From Staphylothermus hellenicus DSM 12710 (GTDB lineage: Archaea > Thermoproteota > Thermoprotei_A > Sulfolobales > Desulfurococcaceae), in the NCBI RefSeq assembly GCF_000092465.1, contig NC_014205.1:840001-872000 (forward strand): 32,000 nt of DNA. The letters run 5' to 3'. The notes under the pieces were generated by a model that was given only the letters and a program-made list of their open reading frames with translations, made no database searches and had not been told where the DNA came from. Both the position numbers and the translations under genes were made by a program. Shown here one piece after another: positions 17,464-26,313 of the stretch (position 1 is its first letter; every line of letters starts with the position of its first letter).

Positions 17464-18288
17464 ATGATAAGTTTGAAGAGACTTAAAAGGAGAACAATTC
17501 TGTGTCTTAAGGGTAAGAGAGCTATAGATAAGTTTAGAATAGTGATGTTCTCCATGTTTTGGTCTTTGATTTCGGTGATGCCATCCGCATTTAAGCCTAT
17601 CTTACATAGGCTTGCAGATCTAGCGATTAGGGGCGTTATAATTCAATACAGAGGATCATATTACAGTCTTAGTGAGGCCAGTAGTGTTTATCTCTTTTAC
17701 TCAGAATATGAGCCATGGACTTGGAAATATCTGCAATCCCTTAAGCAAGACCATGTCTTCATCGATGTAGGAGCACACATCGGTCTCTACACGATCTATG
17801 TTGCCAATATTTTAAGGGGGAGAGTTATCGCTATAGAACCTAATCCTGAGAGTTACGAGTTTCTATTGAGGAATATACAGCTGAATAACCTTAAAAGAGT
17901 TATAGCACTAAATATAGTAGCTTGGAAAGAGGACGGAAGACTTCGTCTCTGCTATACTCCTGGAGATACCACAAGAAGTAGTGTTAAAAGGATCAAGGGG
18001 CAGGAGAGATGCGTGAGTGTAAGGGCAAGGAAACTTGACAGCTTATTACGAGAGCTTAATATTGATAGAATAGATCTTGTTAAGATAGATGTTGAAGGTG
18101 CTGAAAGAGAGGTTCTCCAAGGTATGGAGAAAATACTCGAACACTATAAACCTAGGCTCATAGTTGAAATTTGGCGTGAGAATTTAAAAAATGTGTTAAA
18201 ATATTTAAGAAAGCTTAACTACTCGTTCACAGTAATTCCTGAATCTATATCAAGTGATTCGCTATATATTTATGCGTATCCAGCATGA
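17464..18288 (+). CDS. FkbM-family methyltransferase
   Basis: Motifs FIDVGAHIGLYTIYVA, VIAIEPNPESYEFLLRNIQLNNL and LVKIDVEGAEREVLQG. Confidence 0.88.
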   Translation: MISLKRLKRRTILCLKGKRAIDKFRIVMFSMFWSLISVMPSAFKPILHRLADLAIRGVIIQYRGSYYSLSEASSVYLFYSEYEPWTWKYLQSLKQDHVFIDVGAHIGLYTIYVANILRGRVIAIEPNPESYEFLLRNIQLNNLKRVIALNIVAWKEDGRLRLCYTPGDTTRSSVKRIKGQERCVSVRARKLDSLLRELNIDRIDLVKIDVEGAEREVLQGMEKILEHYKPRLIVEIWRENLKNVLKYLRKLNYSFTVIPESISSDSLYIYAYPA

Positions 18289-18313
18289 AATATACTCTAG
18301 ACTGTGACCTATT

Positions 18314-19351
18314 ATGAACGGTGTAGTTGTAGTAGCTAGTAGTCAGAAACCCCATAGCTTTTACAATGTTGCCGAAGATATATCCCATACTCTAGGTCTT
18401 CCATTGGTAGAAATACAGACAAACAAAGTACAGTATATTGCTCTATTCTTTAAACAGCCTAAGTTTATCATTAGCGTGGGTACGCTTAGTCCTTTAAAAC
18501 TAATGGCGCTTAGCACTATTTCGAGGAGAGTGATAGCTTACATAGCAGTGGAGGGGCCGTTTCCTGTTCCAAGGAGTATTCGATGGCTTGCTAATAATAC
18601 TAACAGACTTATCATTGTTGCTCCATCTAATTACGTCAAGAAAGAGTTATCGATAGGTGGTCTAAAGGTTAAGTACATTATACCTCATGGCATTAACCTT
18701 GGCGAGACATGTTCTAGTAACTCGTTAAGCATCCCGTTTACTAATAAGTTTGCTGATAAGATTAAGATATTGATTGTGGCTTCTAGCTCTCAGCTCAGAA
18801 AGCTCCTGGGTATATTTTATTTTTTGCGCGCTTGGTCAAGATTGCCTAGCAAAAGTAAGAAAAACAGTTTTATCATTATGAAAGTGCCTAGAAAGTTAAG
18901 GAGGCGTATCGAAGAGTTCGCAAGATCGCTGGGTATTAGTAGTAGACAATACATAGTTCTTGACACCTATCTTGCACGTAACGAGGTGTTTGCTCTTTAC
19001 CGCTCTGCAGACCTATATGTACACCCAACGCTTAGCGATGGGTTTGGACTACCGGTTCTCGAATCATTGGCCTGCGGTACACCTGTAATAGTGCTTAATT
19101 CTGGTCCTTGGAATGAAATCGTAAACAAAGATGTAGGTTGGCTTGTAAAGGTGAGAGGGGAGAAACTAGTATATGAGAATAACCTGCCATATAGGTTTAA
19201 GATACCAGATGTAGATGATTTCTCCAGAAAGCTTGCTGAAGCAATAAATATTGTAAGAGATAAGAGGGAGGTTATAAGAGGTATGTGCATAAAGCATGCA
19301 TCTAACTTCGAGGCACACAAGGTCTACAGCAAATTTAGGAAGATAATATAG
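18314..19351 (+). CDS. GT4 glycosyltransferase
   Basis: C-domain motif LYVHPTLSDGFGLPVLESLACGTPVIVLNSGPWNEIV. Confidence 0.82.
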   Translation: MNGVVVVASSQKPHSFYNVAEDISHTLGLPLVEIQTNKVQYIALFFKQPKFIISVGTLSPLKLMALSTISRRVIAYIAVEGPFPVPRSIRWLANNTNRLIIVAPSNYVKKELSIGGLKVKYIIPHGINLGETCSSNSLSIPFTNKFADKIKILIVASSSQLRKLLGIFYFLRAWSRLPSKSKKNSFIIMKVPRKLRRRIEEFARSLGISSRQYIVLDTYLARNEVFALYRSADLYVHPTLSDGFGLPVLESLACGTPVIVLNSGPWNEIVNKDVGWLVKVRGEKLVYENNLPYRFKIPDVDDFSRKLAEAINIVRDKREVIRGMCIKHASNFEAHKVYSKFRKII

Positions 19352-19675
19352 GTTAATCATGATGAGGATAGCATATATTTATAGAGAGATGCACGTAACG
19401 CATGAGATTTCAGCTAAAAATATAAAGCATAAAGACGTTAACACATTTCCGCTAACTCTTTCCATAGAGGCTAATCTAAAAATATTGCAACTTTATCGAA
19501 ACTCCTCAAGAAATATAGGTATCTAATTAAAGCGATCCCTTATAGCTATAGTGAATGATTTCATGTTACAGCTTTGCCTGGGAATAAATTGGTTCAAGGA
19601 TTCACTATGTTAAAGGGCAGGCCAGCAATAAAGCAATAATACACCATATGAGCGCAACATAATTAGGGTTTCAAC

Positions 19676-20403
19676 GTGAACATACTCATAACTTCAGAGC
19701 CTTTCTGGCCTGAGGGTAGTGGAGGTTCCTTAGCTACATACCTTATAACTAAGCTTCTAGCTCAGGATAGAGACTTTAGCATAACCGTTGTTACTGGTAC
19801 CGAGAACCCTGTTAAGGTAGATAATGTTAAGTACATAGTTGATCCTATGTTTAGGGCTTCAAGTAAGGCAGAACTACTGTTAAGGCTTATCAATCCCGTG
19901 CTGAGGCATAGGTATGAGGAGCTTATAAGGGGCTTCGACATATTATATATTCCATCATATTCCTCCTGCGACTACCCCCTTATACCTATTGCCAAGAAGC
20001 TTGGCAAGAAAGTAGTTGTGCATCTTCATGACTACCAGCCCTTTACCTATAACTCTGTTATTCTAGTTGATCAACGCAATAATATTTTAACTGATATAGG
20101 CTACGAGGCGAGGTACGAGGTCTACGAGCACAATAGTGTTAAGAGAGCAATCCTAGGCTCAATGATGACGCCATTTAGTAATGAAAAAATAATACATGCT
20201 CTACTTAGAGTATTTAGCTAATGCACCACCTTGAAAGATATATAGACGGTACAGTACATAGTCGATACTCGAAGATTAAAGGTCTTCATAGCCTAGAGAC
20301 GCTAAGTAATAGAATTTCTTATGTTATTAAAAGGGGCATAGTTCATGGAATACCTGTTGAAACTTATCAAACCTTTCCACATAAACGTACAATAATACAG
20401 TAA
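19676..20403 (+). pseudogene. Truncated GT4 glycosyltransferase (N-terminal domain only, with a possible frameshifted continuation)
   Basis: 19676-20221 encodes MNILITSEPFWPEGSGGSLATYLITKLL... through HLHDYQP, a GT4 N-domain that stops after 181 aa. The next ORF (20221-20403, different frame) contains ...NRISYVIKRGIVHGIPVETYQTFP, weakly like the GT4 ..ki.vipnGvd...f.p linker. No E-x7-E C-domain follows. Confidence 0.55.
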
Positions 20404-20503
20404 GCAGGATTTAACTTGCATTAAGAATTCATGCTGTTTGGACGTGGTTAGAAGTATGATAATCTCTAAGAAGGAGGTTCGTCATCCTATTAGATGATGA
20501 ACT

Positions 20504-21220
20504 ATGATGGATTCTGCAATCTTAGATTTTAGGACCTTGCTAAGCATCCTAGCCTTTGCCTATGCATTAGGGATAAGGGAGTTTACGGCTAGAGATGTAC
20601 ATAAACTCTTCATCAGCCTTCTCAGCATGAATCCTCCCAGCAAGCCTGATTCCCTCCTCAAAGTCCTTTCAAGGATTAGGTTAAAGCTGATCTCAAACGA
20701 TCTCAGGAGACTATACTTCATGGGCTTCCTGAAGAGGAGGAGGGTTAAGAGATTAGTGAGGACTAGGAGTGGGAAGACATGCTATAGAGGATATGAGTAT
20801 AAGTACTCGATTTCAAGCCAGGGATGGAAATATATAAGGTACCTAGCAAACCCTGACAAAGAGGATAAGGAGGATGCGAAAGGCTGGGAAGATCTCTTAG
20901 CGCTACAGATAATAGAGAAAACTGTTCCAAAGGAGATGAGGGAGATCGCAGGGGAGTCTTGGAAAGCATATTTCAGCAGGAGGAGGGGGTCTAGGAGGTT
21001 CTCAACAAGCAAGGCTATGTTCTGGGATAAGCTCATAGAAGCGAAATACAAGCTTATAAGGGAGGGGTTAAAGGATGAGGTCAAGGAGCTAGCGGGTATA
21101 GCTGAGAAACTAATTGACATAGTTAATATTCTTCTGGAAAAGTATGAAGCCCTGAAGAAGGAAAATGCTAGGCTTAAGGAGATGCTGAAGAAAACCCTCA
21201 CCCTACCTAGAAACCAATGA
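20504..21220 (+). CDS. Orphan winged-helix-like DNA-binding protein with a basic linker and C-terminal coiled coil
   Basis: 238-aa ORF. The N-terminus has a helix-turn-helix/wing-like pattern (FTARDVHKLF..., ISNDLRRLYFMGFLKRRRVKR, YEYKYSISSQGWKYIRYL). The C-terminus has heptad-like Leu/Ile spacing (KELAGIAEKLIDIVNILLEKYEALKKENARLKEMLKK). It is richer in G than its neighbours. The family is not recognised. Confidence 0.65.
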   Translation: MMDSAILDFRTLLSILAFAYALGIREFTARDVHKLFISLLSMNPPSKPDSLLKVLSRIRLKLISNDLRRLYFMGFLKRRRVKRLVRTRSGKTCYRGYEYKYSISSQGWKYIRYLANPDKEDKEDAKGWEDLLALQIIEKTVPKEMREIAGESWKAYFSRRRGSRRFSTSKAMFWDKLIEAKYKLIREGLKDEVKELAGIAEKLIDIVNILLEKYEALKKENARLKEMLKKTLTLPRNQ

Positions 21221-21728
21221 GGCTACAGAAGAAGCCGTAGATTGTTCTCAACAAGCCCAGTAACTACTCTAAGAAAGATAAACATCTAGCCCAAAGCTAA
21301 ATAAGTAGAACTAATACATGGGTTTGAAGCAGGTAGCTCCCCTCAAAGGGGCTATGGATAAAAGCGTACTAGAATGTCTAGCTGATACATAAGGCCGAGA
21401 TTACCTATAACTTACCATAACGATAACATGCAATGAATATGGCGCCAAGCAAATAATCAAACCTACATCCGAGTAAATAGAGGACTTGCTAGTCAAAGAC
21501 TACACATACATACCATTCGCAAACCCTAAATGTGCAACCCTTCCTCATCAACTTCTCCGATCCCAATAAGGTATAAGACCGATGACTACATATCAGGCAT
21601 ACCTCTATGAGCCTCTATAGTTAGCCTAAATGTGAAGAGATTAAGCATAGACAAAAATTTATAGGCTTCAGGTAATCATATGGAATTAGCTCAAGCTAAG
21701 GCTTTCAGTACCTACTGAGAGGATTATA

Positions 21729-21809
21729 ATGTGGAAGGCCCTCATAATAGGGATTGATGGTACTTCCAAGAGAGGCAAAGAAACTGCTAGCAGTTATTTG
21801 CATAAGTAA
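21729..21809 (+). pseudogene. N-terminal stub of a type I phosphodiesterase/AlkP-family gene (26 codons)
   Basis: MWKALIIGIDGTSKRGKETASSYLHK* can be compared with the N-terminus of the intact family member at 24715 (MNIRVAVVGIDGLSPYIAKKY). Only the first metal-binding GxDG segment is present. Confidence 0.4.
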
Positions 21810-21822
21810 AGGGCTCATCAAG

Positions 21823-21856
21823 TACTACTATATAAAAATAATTACTACTATATAAA
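21823..21856 (+). promoter_or_regulatory. Tandemly duplicated BRE/TATA-like 14-mer upstream of the sulfatase-like gene
   Basis: TACTACTATATAAA occurs at 21823-21836 and again at 21843-21856, a 20-nt period. The proximal TATA lies about 32 nt upstream of the ATG at 21887. Confidence 0.45.
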
Positions 21857-21886
21857 GATAGAATATTACATGAGAGGATGTGATGG

Positions 21887-23326
21887 ATGTTGAGAAAGCC
21901 TAATATTGTATTTGTTACTATTGATACTTTAAGATATGATGAAGCGAATAAAATGCATTTCCTCAGAAAAATAGCTAGTAGAGGTATATTATTTAAAGAG
22001 TACTACGCTAATGGGCCAGCAACGCAATTCTCCTTTCCGTCCATCCATACATCTCTGCCTCCCCTTTGGAGGGTTAAACCAGATAAGTATAATGGAGTAG
22101 CCATCTGGAGACGAACAACACTTGCAGAGGTACTTAAAAGATTCGGCTATAGAACCATAGCTTTTGTTGATAATCCCTATATATCCTCATATTATGGGTA
22201 CTCTAAAGGATTTGATTTATTCATTGATCTCCAAGAATATTGGAGGAGAATAGAAAAGAAGAGGATTTGGGTCAGATCTTTGACAGGCATGAAACAGAGT
22301 TTTAACCCTTTAAGAATACCCGAGCGAGTAATTAAATGGTTGATGTACCATAGGGCCTTATCAGCTAAAAATGTTGATTTCGCCTCCTTGCTAATAGCAT
22401 TTATTGATATACTTCAGTACAAGATCCTTTCTATTAATCCCGAACGTATGCCTACAGTGCGGGGTGAAGATTCTGTAAGAATAACTGGTCACATTCTACA
22501 AAGATACTTGCGAACACCCTTATTTTTATGGATCCACATCATGGACGCCCATGATAATGGATTTGGCAGTTATGCACCACCACTAAATAGACTTAGCACC
22601 CTTCGAGAATTATATATACTAGCTAGGATTCTTAGAAAAGTAGAGCTCAGGACTAAGAGGGAGGATTTACTTAACAATGAAATCTTAACATTACTTAAAA
22701 AATTACGTGTGCTAGCATTAAAATACGTCGACCTAGTACTTGCAAAACTGTTTGCACTCCTAGAGAAACTTATCTCAACCTTAGGTGATACAATTCTAAT
22801 AATTACGTCAGATCATGGAGAGAGCTTCCTTGAACATGGAGAACTATATCATGGGACTATATTATATAATGAGCTATTAAAGGTTCCCTTAATCCTTTAC
22901 GGTGCCTATCCTGATGATCTAGATGAAATTACTGGTAAATTTTCTTCTCATATGGATTTTGGTAAGATGGTATTTAAAATACTGGGGAAGAATGAACAAA
23001 AATTATGGGAATATTTGAATATACCCTCTTTGACAGCAAACTTCTACTCAAGAAGAGCTGGTGTGTTTGCCGAATGCTGGTGGGAAAGGAAAATTAGTTA
23101 TGCATACATAACGAAGTGTGCAAAGACTATAGTCACATTTTATGGAAATAATGTTTATACTGAATTATATGACATTATTAAAGATCCGAATGAAAAGGTT
23201 AATATAGCAGATAGTAATCCAGATCTTCTAAAAGAACACTTGAATATTTTAAGGAAGCACATACTCCTAGAGGGGCATATAGCATTAACTAAGAGGCTTC
23301 ATGACTACTTAAAGAAAGGTGTCTAA
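21887..23326 (+). CDS. Sulfatase-fold alkaline-phosphatase-superfamily enzyme (sulfatase/phosphotransferase-like)
   Basis: Motifs NIVFVTIDTLRYD, GPATQFSFPSIHTSL (nucleophile region) and ITSDHGESFLEHGELYHG. Confidence 0.82.
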   Translation: MLRKPNIVFVTIDTLRYDEANKMHFLRKIASRGILFKEYYANGPATQFSFPSIHTSLPPLWRVKPDKYNGVAIWRRTTLAEVLKRFGYRTIAFVDNPYISSYYGYSKGFDLFIDLQEYWRRIEKKRIWVRSLTGMKQSFNPLRIPERVIKWLMYHRALSAKNVDFASLLIAFIDILQYKILSINPERMPTVRGEDSVRITGHILQRYLRTPLFLWIHIMDAHDNGFGSYAPPLNRLSTLRELYILARILRKVELRTKREDLLNNEILTLLKKLRVLALKYVDLVLAKLFALLEKLISTLGDTILIITSDHGESFLEHGELYHGTILYNELLKVPLILYGAYPDDLDEITGKFSSHMDFGKMVFKILGKNEQKLWEYLNIPSLTANFYSRRAGVFAECWWERKISYAYITKCAKTIVTFYGNNVYTELYDIIKDPNEKVNIADSNPDLLKEHLNILRKHILLEGHIALTKRLHDYLKKGV

Positions 23327-23519
23327 AGTAACGAGAATGTTTATCTTTATTGAATATAGCTTGGGTTGTTTGAGAGCACTATTTAGCTCTGTTAGAGCGT
23401 TGAGATTATGGCTTCTTAAGAGGCTTAGTTTTGAAGCAGGACTGCTTCTTATATTCAAGAGATTAGCGAACTTGGTTGGCATGCTTAAAGGGATAAAGGA
23501 GTGTAAGAGCTATCTATAA
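23319..23519 (+). CDS. Small hypothetical helical protein (66 aa from GTG; 60 aa from the ATG at 23337)
   Basis: It exactly fills the gap between the sulfatase-like gene and the next GT4, and its stop overlaps the downstream ATG (TAATG). No homology recognised. It could be a remnant. Confidence 0.3.
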   Translation: MSKVTRMFIFIEYSLGCLRALFSSVRALRLWLLKRLSFEAGLLLIFKRLANLVGMLKGIKECKSYL

Positions 23520-24718
23520 TGACAATGTATGTACTTGTAGTAGGACCGAAGATTACTCCTCCTTGGGATAGCGCTGCAGCTAGTATAGGTAAGGGTGTTT
23601 TGCAATCCTTGGCTTACTTAGCGAGCCATGTGGATGTTGCAACAACCTGTGTAGAGTTAAAGCGTATCATTCGAAACTATGGCTTCGTACCGAGTGGTGT
23701 TAAAGATTTTGAGGGTTTTTATGGGAATAAAATTAGGTGGCATGTTGTTAGACACTATAGTAATCAATTACTTAACGAGATTAAGCTCACCCTAATAGCT
23801 AGTATGTTGATTCATAATGGAGATTATGATTTTCTATTCTATATAGGTATTCCTAGAAACTTGCTATCTATACGTTTACTAGGTAGAGCATGCAAGGCAT
23901 TTATATTATATGTTTACACTATTCCTAGTATTCAAAGTATTCTTGCCCTGAAATATCTTACTGCAAAGGCTCAAAAGTTGATGTCTAAGCTAATGATATT
24001 CACGTCTAGTTTGCATGCATATAGAATTCTTAAGACGCATCTAAATCTTCAGCATATAAATGTGGTTCCACCAGTTATTGATACTTCTGTCTTTAAGCCC
24101 TTAAACAATATTAGTAACTATTCTAGCAGTCACCTACGTTTAGGATATGTTGGGCCTTTGCATACTCCAAGATTCCCGGTTAGGGATATTGCTAAGGTAT
24201 TAGTATCTTTGAAGAGTAGAGGAATAAATGCATCCCTGCATATAAGGGGTTTACTGAGACATGGTAGACGGGATAGACCTTATGCTTACAATATTGAGAA
24301 ATTGTTTAAGAGGCTCCTTGGCGAGGTAAACGTTGATGTGAAGATAGGTCAGCTTTCCAGAGGCGAACTTAACGAGTTCTATAACAGCATAGACATATTG
24401 CTTTATATGTTCAGCCTCTCAAGGGAAGCAGAGATAGCTGATCCCCCATTGGTTCCGCTTGAGGCACTCTCAGCAGGTACCCCCTTAATAGTTTCAGCTG
24501 GTTCGAGCTTAGACTTTTATTTAAAGTCTTTAGTAGAAAATGGTTTTGTTATAAGTATAAAGAACCCTGATAATATAGTTGATGCTATATATACCTTATC
24601 ATCGATAGACAGAAATAGATATGGCTTCGTAACTCATACCTATATTGAACATATATTCTCACCTAAGTCTGTGGCTCAGAGGATTAAAGGAATACTTGAG
24701 GAGGCAGAGATATTATGA
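23519..24718 (+). CDS. GT4-like glycosyltransferase
   Basis: C-domain motifs LRLGYVGPLHTPRFPV and LLYMFSLSREAEIADPPLVPLEALSAGTPLIVSAGSS. The N-domain is divergent. Confidence 0.7.
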   Translation: MTMYVLVVGPKITPPWDSAAASIGKGVLQSLAYLASHVDVATTCVELKRIIRNYGFVPSGVKDFEGFYGNKIRWHVVRHYSNQLLNEIKLTLIASMLIHNGDYDFLFYIGIPRNLLSIRLLGRACKAFILYVYTIPSIQSILALKYLTAKAQKLMSKLMIFTSSLHAYRILKTHLNLQHINVVPPVIDTSVFKPLNNISNYSSSHLRLGYVGPLHTPRFPVRDIAKVLVSLKSRGINASLHIRGLLRHGRRDRPYAYNIEKLFKRLLGEVNVDVKIGQLSRGELNEFYNSIDILLYMFSLSREAEIADPPLVPLEALSAGTPLIVSAGSSLDFYLKSLVENGFVISIKNPDNIVDAIYTLSSIDRNRYGFVTHTYIEHIFSPKSVAQRIKGILEEAEIL

Positions 24719-26259
24719 ATATTAGGGTAGCAGTGGTAGGAATTGATGGATTAAGTCCTTATATTGCAAAAAAATATTTTACTTCAATACTAAATAAATC
24801 AATTACAGCTACATTAAGATCTATTACACCACCCATTACAGCTCCAGCATGGATTTCTTTGGCTACAGGTTTGAATCCGGGAAAAACCGGTATTATAGAC
24901 TTTCTAAATACTGTTGATTTGAATAGGAGGATGCTGAAACCCGTAACAAGTAATGTCTATAAAGGTCTTGCTGTATGGGACTATGCCTCGTTAGCTGGTT
25001 ATAAAGTGTGTATTATAGATTACCCTATGCTTTACCCACCTTATTCTGTAAACGGTGTAATGCTCTCAGGATTCCTATCTCCTAAGTGGTTATCTTATCC
25101 TGAATCATTAGCTAGTAAAATGGAGATCAGAGTAGGCCCACACTGGGAGCATATATACTTCTCTATAGATAGAAAATATAACGATGTCATAATTTTTCTT
25201 GAAGAGCTTCTTAAAAGCTTTGAAAAAAAGATTAAGTGGAGTCTATATTTGCTGGATAAGGGGGATTGGGACCTATTCATAGATGTTATATCACATACTG
25301 ACTGGCTCTTTCACAGATGCTGGCATATTTTGGATCCTAACCATAAAACTGCATTAAAAATAAAGGAATTATATGAGGAGGCTATAAATGCTGAGGCAAA
25401 AAGGCTGATAGATTACTTCTTTAATATGCTTACACTATATGTAGCTGAGGTGAATGCACACGCCCTAAACACAGTTATTGTAAGTGATCATGGGTTTGGC
25501 CCATTAGATTACATTGTTAATACAGCTAAACTTCTCAAACTTCTTAGGCTGACAAAATTCAAATTACTAAATCCATTCATAAAGCCTCATGGATTCATTA
25601 ATAGGGCTAAATGGTTTCTTACTCCAAAAGCTTTTGAGAAGACTCCTTTTGAGCTTAATATAAAGCCCTATGATGTAATAGACTATGAAAACTCAGTAAT
25701 TTACACCCTTCCCCATGACGAATTAATAATGGCCCTTTATATAAATAAGAAGTACTACAAAGAACGTTCTAAGCTATTAGCGTATATAGAAAATAAAATT
25801 AAAGAATTGATAGGCATACCGGCATCCCTTATAGATTTACATAGATTATATAAGGGGCCTATAAAACATTCCTTACCGGATGCCCTAGTGGTGATCCAAA
25901 ATTATTCTGCCTATTTTGAATTCAAACCATATAGTAATTATCTACTTCGGAGGAGTTGTATGAGAAGGTATACCGGCATACACAGAATTAATGGAGTATT
26001 TATAGCTAGTGGCACCAATTTTAGGAGAACTAGCAATCAGAAACCTTTCAGCATAGAAATTAACTTACTTGATGTTGCTCCTCTAGTATTAAGCCTCCTA
26101 GGCATACCTATACCAAAATATATTGATGGAACTCTTCGTAACGAGTTCCTCCACGGCGAATTACCTCGACTAAACACTAAAAATATAATCAAACTTAGAA
26201 AACATTTTATAATATCTCTAATGAAATTAAAAGGACTCCTACATACTTCTTACGAATAA
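24715..26259 (+). CDS. Type I phosphodiesterase / nucleotide pyrophosphatase family protein (AlkP superfamily)
   Basis: Motifs VAVVGIDGLSPYI, ITPPITAPAWISLATGLNPGKTGI (Thr nucleophile region) and IVSDHGFGP. ATGA overlap with the upstream GT4. Confidence 0.8.
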   Translation: MNIRVAVVGIDGLSPYIAKKYFTSILNKSITATLRSITPPITAPAWISLATGLNPGKTGIIDFLNTVDLNRRMLKPVTSNVYKGLAVWDYASLAGYKVCIIDYPMLYPPYSVNGVMLSGFLSPKWLSYPESLASKMEIRVGPHWEHIYFSIDRKYNDVIIFLEELLKSFEKKIKWSLYLLDKGDWDLFIDVISHTDWLFHRCWHILDPNHKTALKIKELYEEAINAEAKRLIDYFFNMLTLYVAEVNAHALNTVIVSDHGFGPLDYIVNTAKLLKLLRLTKFKLLNPFIKPHGFINRAKWFLTPKAFEKTPFELNIKPYDVIDYENSVIYTLPHDELIMALYINKKYYKERSKLLAYIENKIKELIGIPASLIDLHRLYKGPIKHSLPDALVVIQNYSAYFEFKPYSNYLLRRSCMRRYTGIHRINGVFIASGTNFRRTSNQKPFSIEINLLDVAPLVLSLLGIPIPKYIDGTLRNEFLHGELPRLNTKNIIKLRKHFIISLMKLKGLLHTSYE

Positions 26260-26313
26260 ATAAAAGCGATCTAAGAATGAGAGTTATAAAAGTATCTGTA
26301 CGGCGTAATAATC

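Noticed and set aside
19359-19530. A 55-codon ORF starting MMRIAYIY (a GT4-like beginning), and an ATGATGA C-box-like motif at its start
   Set aside because: Similarity to GT4 ends after about 8 residues. No D box (CTGA) or C'/D' arrangement lies at the spacing a C/D-box sRNA requires.
19548-19608. A 9-bp inverted repeat, ATAGTGAAT ... ATTCACTAT, separated by 43 nt, upstream of the truncated GT4
   Set aside because: It is short and does not extend. It is plausibly a chance occurrence in 32 kb of AT-rich sequence, with no second copy seen.
20490-20503. GATGATGA (C-box-like) just upstream of the wHTH gene, and other TGATGA occurrences (for example 13233-13242)
   Set aside because: None has a CTGA D box 45-70 nt downstream with terminal complementarity. 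They coincide with start codons or a pseudogene reading frame.
20763-21201. Two long antisense ORFs (68 and 139 aa) opposite the wHTH/coiled-coil gene
   Set aside because: They are Ser/Leu/Phe-rich translations of the reverse complement of K/E/R-rich codons (AAG/GAG/AGG), which rarely yield stops in antisense. This is a typical shadow ORF with no start context.
21221-21728. Possible tRNA fragment (att site) or origin-recognition (ORB) boxes in the ORF-free spacer
   Set aside because: I found no T-arm-like GGTTCRAATCC, no acceptor-stem pairing and no ORB-like TCCA-N-GGAAA dyads. No cdc6/orc1 or integrase gene is nearby.
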